Positions 37,290 through 50,114 of a stretch of DNA of 64,000 nucleotides are shown here, in pieces (position 1 is the first letter of the stretch; each line of letters begins with the position of its first letter). Source of the stretch: Torpedo marmorata. Lineage: Eukaryota. The stretch is taken from contig OZ360234.1 of assembly GCA_977017645.1 (NCBI GenBank), positions 18,414,001 through 18,478,000 of the forward strand, read 5' to 3'. A model generated the notes under the pieces. The model did not search any database and was not told where the DNA came from. It saw nothing but the letters and a program-made list of their open reading frames with translations. The position numbers and the translations under genes were made by a program.

Positions 37290-37580
37290 TACTGGATTAG
37301 AAACCATGATTCCGAACCATGAATCGTAAGCCAAGAATTTGAATCCTAACATGACAGCTGGGGAATTTAAATTCGAGTCATTGGATAAATCTGGAAGTTT
37401 AAAACATGTTAACCTTGGTAATAATAATTAGATTGTGGTAAAAACCCCATCTGCTTCATCGTTATCCGTCAGTACTTTTCTCGCCTGGTTTACACGTGAC
37501 CGCAGACCCATCAGTGTGCTTGATTTTCAGGTACCTCCTCAGTTCAAGGGTCTTTAGGGCAGAACAATAAATGGTGTTTG
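37290..37580 (+). mobile_element. Old SINE with a tail related to the LINE at 31840
   Basis: B-box-like tttgaatcc, ggaatttaaattc, and tail ttcaaggg...ttagggcagaacaataaatg. Confidence 0.45.
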
Positions 37581-37957
37581 TATGTCCTGTGACTGATGGA
37601 AAAAAATGCTTTTGTTCAATATTGGAAGCTGTTTACAATGAGTAGAGTTTATCTGGCTTTGAGTGGCGGGTTTGGACTTGGCTATACCAAAATGTCAATT
37701 TTGAGGAAGCATGAGGGATATTCAGTTTATTCTCTTGGTTGTCAGCGATCTGTGAGGGTCAGGGGTCGGTCACGTGAAGGATGAGGGGTGATTGAACAGA
37801 TATTAATGAATGGGACAGATGTCATTGGCTGATGCCAATGATTCCAATTGGACCTGGTCTCCTTTACTTTTTTGGCCCCAGCCCAGTAGAGAGACCATGT
37901 AATTATCTCACTGGAGTCTTACAGAAATAATTTTGGGAGTTTCTTGTTTTTGTCTGG

Positions 37958-38190
37958 AGGAAAAACACACAGAAATGCTGGAGGAAATCGGCCGGTCCCG
38001 CAGTGTCCATAGGAGGTAAAGATGTATTACCAACTTTTCGGCCCTGAGACCTTCCTTCAAGAAGGGCTCAGGCCCGAAAAGTCAGTAATATATCTTTACC
38101 TCTGACACTGAAAAGACCGGCTGCGTTCCACCACCATTTCTGTGTGTTTTTACTACAATCACAGCGTTTGCAGACTTTAGTTTTTCACGT
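37958..38190. mobile_element. Palindromic Penelope-derived mini-element with 14-bp TSD
   Basis: Two inverted imperfect arms of about 95 bp. Flanked by ttgtttttgtctgg (37944-37957 and 38191-38204). Confidence 0.8.
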
Positions 38191-39369
38191 TTGTTTTTGT
38201 CTGGTCCTGGAATCAGGCTTGCAATATAAATAGGTTAATGGGGGTATTCCACCACACCAAGATTGCATCGCATGACCCAAAGTTTGATCTGCTTCCTCAG
38301 AGCAAATGATGGTGTGGGGCTGAAGCAGTGCCTAGCTGCTGTTTCCCTCTCCTTTTTTCTTGCTGAGCAAAAGGCAAAGGAGAAAGAGCAAAACTGATGT
38401 TGGACACGGCCTGCATTCAAGTGAATGTAAAAAAAAAAGTCTTGCTCTTCAGCAATAAACCAGGAGGATCATGCAGCTCGAGTGAGGGAGAGAGAGAGCA
38501 AAACACAGAATCCTAGCAGAAGGAAAACTATGCAATGCCACCAGCAATCCCCTGTGGCCAAGGTGACAGGTGCAGCTTGTATCTTTTCTCTCTTGTAATG
38601 ATTCTAGTGTGAGTTGACACCTCGGGAAATGGCTCGCTGCTGAACATCTCGCACCGGGGATTTGTTTCTGGGTCTGATTATGAATTCAGCACGAGAGGCC
38701 TCACTACCTGTATAGCAGCAGGGTATTTGATGTTAGGTGAGGTGATGGCTCGGTTGAGTATTTTTTTCCCTGAAGAATTTAACCCCTTTCAGTCAACAAG
38801 TTGCGCTGAATATTACTTGGCACATGCTCAGAAAACACTCTGGAGGCTGCTGAAGCAGCTCTATCAACTGCTGAAGGAGAGGGAAAAGGGAAAAAAAAAC
38901 ACAAAGGAGCCCTTATGGCACAAGTATCAACAGGCTCGCAGCTGATAAATTAGGCACACTGCTGTCTACACTTGGTGAGCTGGAATGTTAAACTAATTTG
39001 TTTAGTAGCTCAACAATGCCGAGTGCAACCCACTGTAATAAAATACCAGCAAGGCATTAAAAATATCAAATCATTGTTTGAACAGAAATTGCTACCCCTA
39101 ACATCAGATGGATCAGGGCCTCTTGTTTACATTAACTAAATAAGAGCAATTGCATTGAATTCTGAGATTTTTGCCAATGCCTTTGGGGATTCTATTCTGT
39201 TTATTAATTTCTATGAAAAACAGAAAAGCAAGTGACCCTCTTTATAAATGAAAAAAAATCTTTTATTTCTTAATAGTCTAAGTATTCAGTTCTGTTAATT
39301 AATAATTCTGTTTTTGCAGCATGTGACTTCAGTTTTGTGCTGTCTGGATCCAGGTGTCAGTACTAAAGG

Positions 39370-39605
39370 GCTGGCCAATCAGGACTGAGATGAGAAGAAA
39401 CTTCTTCACACGGGAGAGCAGTGATCCTTGGAATTCTCTGTCCAAAGGGTGTATGACGGCTTAGTCACGGAGTATGTTTCAAGAAAGATCTATTGATTTT
39501 TAAATGGAGGGCTATGGGGATACTGCATGAAATTTGGATTGAGCTGATTGACCAGCCATTGAAAGGCAGAATGGGTACAAGGCCGAATGGCCAACTTGTA
39601 CTTCT
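39370..39605 (+). mobile_element. CR1 LINE 3' fragment
   Basis: aggactgagatgagaagaaacttcttcac...ttggaattctctg...ggccgaatggcc. Confidence 0.6.
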
Positions 39606-39607
39606 CA

Positions 39608-40942
39608 AAGTTCAGATTTTATTGTTAGATTTCATAGATGACATCATCTACAACCCTGAGATTATTTTTCCTGCGCGCCAGGCAGAATTTCAAGAAAAAG
39701 ATGCATATACAAAAGAGAGAAATGTAAACAAAGTGCAATACAGAAAAGTAAGTATTCAATAACAAATAATGTGCAAAATAAGAGTCCTTAAATGAGTCTC
39801 TGATTGAGTTTGTTGTGTAGCGGTCTGATGGTGGAGGGGTAGCAGCTGTTCTTGAACATGGTGGTACGAGTCTTGTGGCACGTAGACCTCTTTCCTCATG
39901 GCAGTAGCGAGAACAGAGCGTATCCTGGGTGTTGTGGATCCTTCATGATTGCTGCGACTCTCCAACTGTAGCATTCCATGTAGATTTTCTCGATGGTGGG
40001 GAGGGTTTTGCCCGTGATGTACTGGGCTGTGTCCACTACCTTTTGCAGGGCTTTCCGCTCAGAAATATTGGTGCCCCCACACCAGTCTGTGATGCAGTAC
40101 ACTTTCCACTATACATCTGTGGAAGTTTGCCAAGGTTTCCAATGCAAACTCCTGAGGAAGTAAAGGCGATGACGTGCTTTCTTCACTATGCCTTTAGTGT
40201 ATTCGATCCAGGAAAGATCCTCCGAGATAGTGACTCCCAGGAACTTAAATTTGTTCACCCTCTTCACCTCTGATTCCCCAATGATCACTGGATTATACAC
40301 CTTTGGTTTTCCCTTTACCTAAAGTCCACAATCAGCTCCTTGGTTTTGGTGACATTGAGTGCAAGGTTGTTGTTGGTACACCATTCAGCCAAGTTTTCAA
40401 TCTCCCTCCTGTATGCTGACTCATCATCCCTTTTTATACAACCACTCCCATGGTATCGTCAGCAAATTAGTAGATGGTGTTGTCGCACCCAGCCGCACAA
40501 TCATAGGTGTAATAGGTGTCATCGTCATAGGCGAGTAGTGCAGGGGATAAGAACGCAGCCCTGTGGTGCTCACCTGCTGATGGAGATTGTGGAGGAAATG
40601 TTCTTGCCAATCTGTACTGATTGAGGTCAGGAGGTGAGGAAATCCAGGATCTAATTACACAGTGGTGCATTGAGGCCCAGGTCTTTGCTGATCAGTTTTT
40701 AAGGATGATTGTGTTGAATGCTGAACTGTGGTCAATAGAGAACATCCTGATATATGCAACTTTGCTGTAGAGCCAGTGAGATAGCATCTGCCGTAGACCT
40801 GTAGCTGCGGTAGTCAAATTGGAACGGATCCATGTCGCTGCTCAGACAGGAGCTGATATGCTTCAACACCAGCCTTTCAAAATACTTCATCACTGTGGAT
40901 GTGAGTGCCACTGGTCGGTAGTCATTCGGGCAGGTTACCATG
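39608..40942 (-). mobile_element. Rex1/Babar-like LINE fragment
   Basis: [24 protein letters not shown] and KFKFLGVTISEDLSW motifs. Same family as the 23425 copy. Confidence 0.88.
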
Positions 40943-41440
40943 TCTGTTCTGTGTCTGTTGCTCTGTTCATTAGTTCTTCAGCCTTCATCTCAACACAATT
41001 TGTGCCTCTGTGAAGTCAGTGATCCTTATCAGAGTGAGGATTATGGCAGCAGCAGAGCAAATGGCCATTCCTTGTGACCTGGTCAAGACTGATTGACTAT
41101 TTGATTAGGGAACTATGACAGTTTATTCTGTCATTTCACAACTACAACTTGTATTTATAATACATCTCTGACAAAAAAAAATCCATAGAAGTATTAATAA
41201 ATATCATTTAAACCAAAACTCTATGAAATGATGGAAATGGTTAATTTCAACTCCAATGAATGAAATAAGAAGAGGTGCAAATATGGAACAATTTAGCATA
41301 GGAATTTTAATGCTTAAGGCTGTGGGAGCTGAGTGCATGGCTATCAATGATGGTACAATTAAAATTAAGGAAGTGCACAGATCAAAAGTGAATGAGTGCA
41401 GATGTCTGGGGGGTGTAGGGTTAAAGAAAGTTATTTAAAA

Positions 41441-42752
41441 AGGGTTCCAAATACAAGCCAGGGAATTGTAGGCCAGTGAGTCCATCATCAGTTGTGGGAA
41501 AATTATTGGAGGGGATTCTGAGAGATGGGATCAATTCGGATTTGGAAAGGCAAGGACTGATTAGGGATAGTTAACATGGTTTTATGCTTGAGAAATTGTA
41601 TCTCATGAATTTGTGTTTTTTGAAGAGATGACCAAGAGGATTGACTAGGCAGGGCAGTAGATGTCATGTGCATGCACTTCAGCAAGGTTTTTGACAAGGT
41701 CCCACGTGGTAGGCTGGTCCATGGTATCCAATTTGATACAAAATTTGCTTGGTAGAAGGAAGCAGAGGGTGGTAGTGGAGGATAGTTTTTCATATTGGAG
41801 GCCTCTGGCCAGTGGTGTACTACAGGGATCAATGCTGGATGCCTTATTATTTATGATCTTTATTAATGACCTGGATAAGAACATAGTTGGCATGATGAGT
41901 AAATATGCAGTTGACACCAGAATTGGTGGTGTAGTGCTTAGTGAAGAAGTTTGTCCAATTTTACAATAGGATCTCGATCAACTGAGGAAGTGCCAAAGGA
42001 ATGGAGCTAAGCTCAGACAAGTGTGAAGAGATATATTTTGAGAAGTTAACCCAGGGCAATACAAACAGAGAATGGCATGGTCCTAGAGTGTGGCGGAACA
42101 GAGAGGCCTGGGGTACAAGTGGCAATACAGGTGGACAGGGTGGTGAAGAAGGCATAAGCCATGGTTGCTTTCATCAGTGAGAGGCAATGAGTATAACTGG
42201 AATGTCATGCCAAAGCTGTACATGAAGTTAGTGAGACCGTACATGGAGTAATGTGGCAGTTCTCGTTGCCATCTTGCAGGTAGGATGTGATTGAGATAGA
42301 GAGGGTACAAAAATTCACAAAAATGTTGCTGTGACTGGAGTGTTTGAATTACAAGAAGTGTTTGGATAGCCTGGCACTGAAGGAGACTGAGGGTTTACCT
42401 TGTAGAGGTTTATAAAATCATGAAGGGGCATGGGTGAGGTGGAATGGTCACAGTTTTTTTAGTCTCCAGGGTAAAGGAATCTAAAACTAAAGCGCGAAGG
42501 TTTTAAGTGAGAATGAAAAGATTTAAAGGGGACAAGAGAGACCACTTTTCCACACAGAGGGTGGAGGGTACATGGAGCGATCTACCAGAGGAAGTGGTAG
42601 AAATGGGTACAATTAGAAAGTTTAAAAGATACTTGGACAGGTACATGCACAGGAAAGGTTTAGAGGAATGTTGGCCAATGGGACTCACTCAGGTCAGCAT
42701 GTCGACATGGATGATTTGGGCTGAGACCTGTTTCCGTGCTGTATGACTCTGT
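41441..42752 (+). mobile_element. Degenerate CR1 LINE
   Basis: RKQRVVVEDSFSYWRPLASGVLQGSML and FSTQRVEGTWSDLPEEVVE motifs. Confidence 0.8.
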
Positions 42753-42866
42753 AGGAAATAACCATCTGATCTACCAAGCCTGACTCTTGCTCACCAGACA
42801 TTTTGTACTGAGTCCTTGAAGAGGCAAAAGAAACCCCAATAGAAACTGAAGAACTTACAGGGAAAT

Positions 42867-43104
42867 GTAAAGGTAAAGGTTCCATTATTGTCACGTAATA
42901 CTACATTTAGAATGTAACATACATGAAATTCTTTAATTTCTGTCTACCGTAAGGCAGACAGAGGGTCGCTACTTTGTCCAGCGCCCATCACAGAAACCTA
43001 CAGCACATGGTGTTCCTTGGCGGTCTCCCCTCCAAGTACTGACCAGTCCTGTGCCTGCTTAGCTTCCGAGATCAGACAATCCCAGTCGTATTCAGGCTAT
43101 TGGT
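42867..43104 (-). mobile_element. 5S rRNA-derived SINE (SINE3 type), full-length copy
   Basis: Only a few substitutions relative to 19026-19259. Same 5' start (accaatagcctgaata) and (ACCTTT)n tail. Confidence 0.9.
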
Positions 43105-44285
43105 CTCTTCAAACCAAGAATGACCAGAAAGGCAGCGAGTCTGTTCAAACAGTAGATCAAACAGCATAATCGTGAATTAGTTGTGTTGCTGCAGTTTTAT
43201 CAACCCCTCGGCTTCATTCCAGCTACGAAATTTGTACTTTCTGCCGGTTCTTGTCATGGTGATAAATGACCCCGTGAGGAGCTGAGAAGAAAGCTCAATG
43301 AGTGATGTCACTTTAGGTCATTATGGACAACCTGATGAGTGGTGACATCTTGTACGATGCTGCCACAAATCGTTCTATTCATACTATGTAGCATGAATAA
43401 CATGAATAATTCAGTATGTGGAGTTAACTCCAAAAATGTAGAAGAAACTGTCTAGACTTATTACTTTTGTTGTGTGATGTCAAGCCAATGTACATTTACC
43501 CCAAGCTACCAAGCAATTATTTTGATTAAGGGATGGATAAGATGGAGGTGTGTTGCTGCTCTTTAGGTAGTTTACACCACATAAATTTCCTTTTCCTTCA
43601 GACATAATAGCTACTTTATTCAGAATCTTAACCAAGCCTAATTTCCATAGCAATAATCAGTATTTTTCATCAAAGCTTCCTTAAAAGTTTCTTTTAAAAC
43701 TTGCAAAATAATTTAAGGTAGAGTCAGCAGCCATGTTGCACCAGAATAACAATATATTTCTTGCAGCAATCCCATCTTTCACAAGTAGTTACAAATCCCA
43801 CAATACTGTACAGGGCATGCTCCAAATCCTGACATCTCTCTGAGTAATGTCTTCAGGGCCATGAAATCAAACCCATAAAAGGAACTTTCTGTTGTTCTGC
43901 ATCCATTCACACATTTGTTGGCTATTACAGAGCCATCAAGCAGACTAAAACATTATTTGCTGTCCAAATGATAGCAATTTAGCTATCATTTTATTCTCCA
44001 TTTCAAACAACAATATTGATGGCCATTTATCCTGTTCTCTGCCCAACTGGAAATAGCAAAGCTGCCACGATACTGCCTGCCCTGTTAATCATTGATACAT
44101 GAGGTTGATTACCTTTCTTTGTACCTTTTTTGATGATTGAGAAATAAGAATATTGACCGTCTTGAACTGCTAGCATCCTTTCCACAAGGTCTGCTCTGAA
44201 AGTGGCATGTTTTTAAAGAAGAAAATACTTGCCACTACCTCGCAGGAGATGTCTCTCATGGAACGAGAAACTTGCAGCGACACAT

Positions 44286-44530
44286 GGGTGGCGCGGTTAG
44301 GGCGACACTATTACAATGCCAGCGTCCAGGGTTGAATCTGGTGCTGTCTGTAAGGAATTTGTGCATTCCCCCTGTCACTTGCATGGGTTCTCCCCTGGTG
44401 CTCTGGTTTCCTTCTACCCTCGAAAAATGTATGGGGTAGGTAGGTTAATTGGTCACATGGGTGTAAATGGCAGGCAGCATCGGCTCATGGGCCGGAAGAG
44501 TTACCGACCGTGCTGTATCTCTAAATAAAA
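44286..44530 (+). mobile_element. tRNA-derived V-domain SINE (HE1-like)
   Basis: A/B-box-like head, V-domain (gcatgggttctcc...gctctggtttcct) and a CR1-like tail ccgtgctgtatctctaaataaa. Confidence 0.75.
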
Positions 44531-46214
44531 GTAAATAGATTACAAATACTCTGCAGCAAGATGGTTTTTTTTTCTGCAGTTAAAATATTTTCAGAAATAA
44601 TGTGTTTTACCTGATTGTTGAATTATTGTTGAACCGGTTAATTTGAAGTGCGATATAATGTGCTATAATTTTTAATCAGCAATTAAGTTTCATTTATTCA
44701 GAATGTGGTTTTCATTTTGTTAGCATTACTCAGCTAATAAAGCGAAGATGAGAATCATTCAGCACTGATTTGTTTCTGCAGATTTTCAACTGAAAAGGGA
44801 TCTTGATGACTGCTCACACCAGTTTGGAGTATAATGTCATCACACCTCATTGAGTTTGTACTCTGTGCGAGAAGAGTGTGGGTAGGCAGATTAGGTGTTC
44901 CACTGTTTACCTGGCCTAACTCCATTATTATTGACTGTAGACTGCAAACTGAGCTTAGGGTGGTGATTGATTCCAGCACCTGTGTGAACAGTGCAGTTAG
45001 TTTTACATATTTACTTAACTGGAGTGGGCAAACATTTCGATTTTCAATTTCTAACAAATATGGGGAAAGAGAATTATTAAGGAATTTAAAATGTGGACTT
45101 AATTGGAGAACATGTTTGGTGGATATAAATACATTTGACCAGGGTCATGATGAGTTTTGATGGTTCTACAATAGTTTCTGATGGTTATGATGAGTCTTGA
45201 CAGATATATAAATCTCAAAGTTAGTGATCTGAATTTGACATCTGTGTATTGATGGGAAAGCTCCAAATATGTGATCTTTTGCCAGCTCGATTGTGGAAAC
45301 AGTGCTGGAAGAGTGTTTATAAAATAATCAAATGTAGACTTCATCAGAACTGAGCACAACAGTCTGATCCATAATTCAAACCAGCATTAAATTTGAATCG
45401 AGTCCAGAAAGTGAAGGAGAAAATAGATAATCTCAGTCAGCTTGGAATCCTTCCAGAAAGGATATTAATGAATGTTGAATACATAACCAGTCCAGGAAAG
45501 GCAGCCAGCAAAAATTGTTCCTGTTCTTAGTGGGATCTATATAAACAGATTCTGCTTTGGTAGCCAGTGCACATTAGTTCTCATTTCATAGTCGTTTCGA
45601 TTTCATTTTACTTGGATCCTTATTCAACAGAGAATTTTAACTCTGATGCTATTGTGCTCTTCTATATACTTTGCTAAGGGGGAGTTTCAAGTTTGAGAGC
45701 TGTATGGTCTAATCGTTTGATTATATTTCAGCCAAGTTGATGCTTCAAAGATTAAGCTTATGGTTTGGGGTGCAGATGATATATAAAGGAGCCATTCCAT
45801 TAAGGGCACAAGTAATGAAATAATTATTCAATGTGTTTACATTTACTTTCCTGAGGATTAAATTCTACACTGGAACTGCCTCTGGTAGTTTGAATAAAAG
45901 TTATGAAGATGCACAAAAACCAAAGAAAATTGAGTTCAACTTCCAGACAAGCTCATTTTTGTCTTGTATACGAATTTCTTTCTGGATTGGAGGATCTGCA
46001 ATTCCATCTTTGCACAGTCAGATCCATCAAGGTTGATTCACCTCTGCCTGAGAGTCTGATGTCCCATCCTGAAATCATTCTCTCAAACTGTTGAATCAGT
46101 TTAGTACCAAAACTTCAATGTGGGGACCAGCACAAAAACAACTCAAATTCTTTGCAAGTGGGCAATACTTTCCTCATTAATATTCAATATTTACAATAAC
46201 AATTTTCAATTGTT

Positions 46215-47608
46215 TTTGAGATTTTCAATCTCTCATTGCTGCAGTCGGAGGTTCCCTACTTGCTTCAAAAGGGCATCAATCATACCGGTGCCGTATGAGC
46301 TGCCTCAATGACTATCGCCTAGAAGCACTTGCAAGTACTGTAACAAACTGCTCTGAGAGGTTGGTCATGGCCAGAATGAACTCTTACCTAAGTAAAGATC
46401 TGGACCCACTGCAATTTGCCTACCACCACAAATGTTCCACGGCAGATGCAATCTCACTGGTTTTCCACTCAGCCCTGGATCACCGAGTCAATAACAACGC
46501 GTACATCAGGTGCTTTTCAATGATTACAGCTCAGCTTTCAACACCACAATCCTCTCAGTACTGGTCATCAAGCTTCAAAATCTGGGTCTCTGCACCACCC
46601 TCTGCAACTAGATCCTTGACTTCCTCATCGGAAGACCACAGTCAGTGCAGATCGGTAACAACATTTCCTCACTGATAATCAACACAGGCACTCCTCAAAG
46701 ATGCATGCTTAGCCCACTGCTCTATTCATTCTACATCCATGAATTTGTGGCTAGGCATAATTCAAATGTTATCCACAAATTTGCCGATGACACCACGGTT
46801 ATCGGCAGAATAACAGACGGGAATGAGGTAGCGTACAGGAGTGAGATAGATTAGCTAGTGAAGTGATGTCACAACAACAACCTTGCACTCAACATTATCA
46901 AAACTAAGGATCTGATTGTGGAGTTCAGGAAGGGGAAACCAGGAGAACACAAACCAATCCTCATCGATGGGCCAGCAGTGGTGAGGGTAAAGAACTTGAA
47001 AATCCTGGTGTTAACATTTCTGAAAATCTATCCTGGGGCCTTCATGTCAATGCAATTATGAAAAATGCTCGCCAGCGACTATATTTCATTAGGAGTTTGA
47101 GGAGATTTGGTATCTCACCAAAGTGTCTTGCAACTGTCTACAGGTGTACTGTGGAGAGCATTCTGCCTCACTGTCTGGTATGGATGTGCCAATGCACAGA
47201 ACAGGAAAAGGCTACAGAGAGTTGTGACCTTGGCCAACACCATCATGGACATCAGTCATCACTTCATCGAGGACATCTACAAGAGGCGATGTTTCAAGAA
47301 AGAAGCCTCACCACCCAGGCCATGCCCTCTTTTCACTGCTACCATCAGAAAAAAGGTACAGGAGCCTGAAGACAAACATCTAATGGTAGAAAAACAGCTT
47401 CTTCACTTCTGCCATCAGATTTCTGAATGGATAATGAACCACAAACACAACCTCACCTTTTCTCTTTTTACAATAATCTTTTTTAAAATAGTGTATTCAC
47501 AGAAATGTAATTTATATCAATTTTTGCACCTGTAGTGCAAAATAATGCTGCCGCAAAACAACCAATTTCGTAGTGCATGCTCATGAAAATAAACCTGATT
47601 CTGATTCG
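46215..47608 (+). mobile_element. Rex1/Babar-like LINE fragment
   Basis: [19 protein letters not shown] and ARQRLYFIRSLRRFG motifs. (CTGATT)n tail. Confidence 0.88.
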
Positions 47609-48464
47609 GAACAATTGTTCTGCATTCCTTGTATTTGTTGAATGTGTTTATTTTCAGGGTATGACTTTAAATATAATCCACTAACTCTGTCTCAATCATT
47701 GAGGATTCATTTTATTTTTCCTATTTATCTGAACATAGATATCCAAGGACCCTGCCTGACAAGGTAGATTGAATGCAGCAAATGAATTTGAACATTTTTC
47801 CCTCCACTTTCTGGCTGATAATCATCCTCTCACACTGAGAATTTCCTGAGCTTATCCACAAGACTCTCCAATGGCTGCTCTCCTTGGCTACATTTCACCC
47901 TTCTGGGGAGTGACATTGCAGGAATGGATTTTTACATTGTGTACATTGCAGCCAAAACATTTCATCTGCCTCCTCCCTGCTGGAGATGTTGACATTTCTC
48001 AGAATGTTTCCATGTCAGACATCCCAAGTCTGCAACTCGCTCTGTGAGCTTGTAATGCCAGCTCCGGCTTGCTTGTCAAAACCACGGATCCCAGTGCAAT
48101 TTTGTAATTCATCGTAAACTTTTCTTGAATTACTGAGATTTGATATGTCAGCAGGGGTTGATGACTAGCTTTTGAACTGTGCTACCATAAAGCGCACAAA
48201 TGTGGGCAATAACTCCTCAGGCAGTTGATTTCTAGCGAGGATTTCCTGTAGAATACCATTATCCATGCTAGTGAATAAGAATGTTTGTCTTAATAATTTG
48301 GAGAATTTCTCCCAAGGCCTAATGCACCCTTGGCAGTCTGTGGATGACTAACAGGTTTCCCTTTCCAGATAATAAGGTTATTTGAGAAATTATCCAGATG
48401 TCACTCTATCCCACCTTTTTCCATACATAGTGATACCTCATTCAGTTTGAACCTCTGAATCTCG

Positions 48465-48910
48465 TAGTTCATTGAATTGTTGCAGCAGAAAAGGAAAACA
48501 TTCAGCCCATCAAGTCCATCTCAGTGCCTTGAAGAAAAATATATTCAATCCCACATCCCCGCTCTTTCTCATAGCCCAGTAGATTTTTATGCCTCATACC
48601 CATTCAGTAGATGTTTCCACCACTATTACAATTTCCACATTGTTACCTCTTTGTAAAAGTTCTCCTGCATCTTTTGCCCTTCACTTTAAATCTGTCTCTC
48701 CAGTTCATTAAACTACCTACCCAGTAATGGTTACAGCTTCTCTCCATGTACCCAACTTAAACACATCATATTTTTTACAAACTGTGAAATCTCCTCAGCC
48801 TTTTTTGCTCCAAGGAGAATAGCTCCATTTGTTTAACCCTATAGTTTTAATTCTTCATCTCTTGAACCATTCCAGTAACATTTCTTCTGCATCCTTTTGT
48901 ATAGTGTGGT
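48465..48910 (-). mobile_element. Degenerate CR1 LINE 3' fragment
   Basis: cattcagcccatc antisense tail, gcccttcactttaaatct and ctccaaggagaa. Confidence 0.5.
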
Positions 48911-49153
48911 GTTGCTTCTCTGCTGCATTGACCAATATCCACCAGTGAGTGTTGTTTTTTAAACAGCTGCCTCTTCCTCCATATCAATTGGGCTTCTCTA
49001 TCCACCATCACCTTTGCCACTGATTTAAATTCCCTGCCTGGTGCCATCAGATTCTGATGTCATGGGTTAACATTCTGGATAGGATGTAACAAAGTTTTCT
49101 TCGCTTTTCAGCTCATCATGTTGCTGGAATACATCCACCATAAACACTGCAAA

Positions 49154-49496
49154 AGGAGTAAATCACGAAAGTCTGCAGACACCGTGATTGAATTAAAAAC
49201 ACAAAGCTGCGGAAACTCAGCAGGTCAAACAGTGTACTTTAAATAGCAAAGATAAAGATACATAACCAATGTTTCATGCTTGAGCCCTTCATCAAGGTAT
49301 GAGCAAAATATAGGCAGGCGCCTGAACAAAAATTGCAAAATGTAGGCAGGCGCCCGAACTGAAAGGTAGGGTGCCTGCCTACATTATGCTCATACCTTGA
49401 TAAAGGGCTCAGCCCGAAACATTGGTTATGTCTCTTTATCTTTGCTTTATAAAGTAGACTGTTTGACCTGCTGAGTTTCCCCAGCTTTGTGTTTTT
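49154..49496. mobile_element. Palindromic Penelope-derived mini-element with 14-bp TSD
   Basis: Arms of about 125 bp (approx. 49194-49322 and 49371-49497) in inverted orientation. Flanked by ataaacact(g/t)caaa (49140-49153 and 49497-49510). Confidence 0.82.
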
Positions 49497-49564
49497 ATAA
49501 ACACTTCAAACTAACTTTATCAATCTGAACTTTTTGCACAAATATCAGAGTACCAGTAACTATA

Positions 49565-49950
49565 TCCGGTTCCTCCCACCCTTCAAAACATACAAGGGTT
49601 GTAGGTTAATTGGGTGTAATTGGGCTGCACTGGCTCATTGGCCGAAAGGTCCTGTTACTGTGCTGTATGTATAAATTTTTAAATTTTATATATTTTTTAA
49701 TTTTAAAAACAATTAGAAATTAAAATAATTGCATCCCTTACAAACCCCCATCCACCTGCTTATCCTGCAATTCACCTACACTCAGTGTAATTTACAATAG
49801 CCAATGAACCTACCAACCAGTGCATCTTTGGCAGATAGGAAACCAAAGTACCCAGGGGAACTTGTAGTCACAGGGAGAAAACACAAAAGTCTGCACAAAC
49901 TGTACCCAAGAGAAGGATTGAACCTGGTCTCTGGAACTGTGAGGCACCCC
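49565..49950. mobile_element. Two partial V-domain SINEs in opposite orientation
   Basis: ccggttcctcccac...tgtgctgtatgt on +, and ggaaaccaaagtacccagg...cacagggagaa on -. Confidence 0.6.
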
Positions 49951-50114
49951 TAGAACTGAACGATTTGACAGCTGGCTAAGCTGGATGGTGTTAATTCCGC
50001 ATCCACTGCATGAAAGTATTATTTTGTACAATGGCCTGCTGCATTGTCAATGAGGATCAGGATGGCTTTAGGTAGTAAGTCAACACCATTTGATCTGGAA
50101 ATTGTATATCCAGA

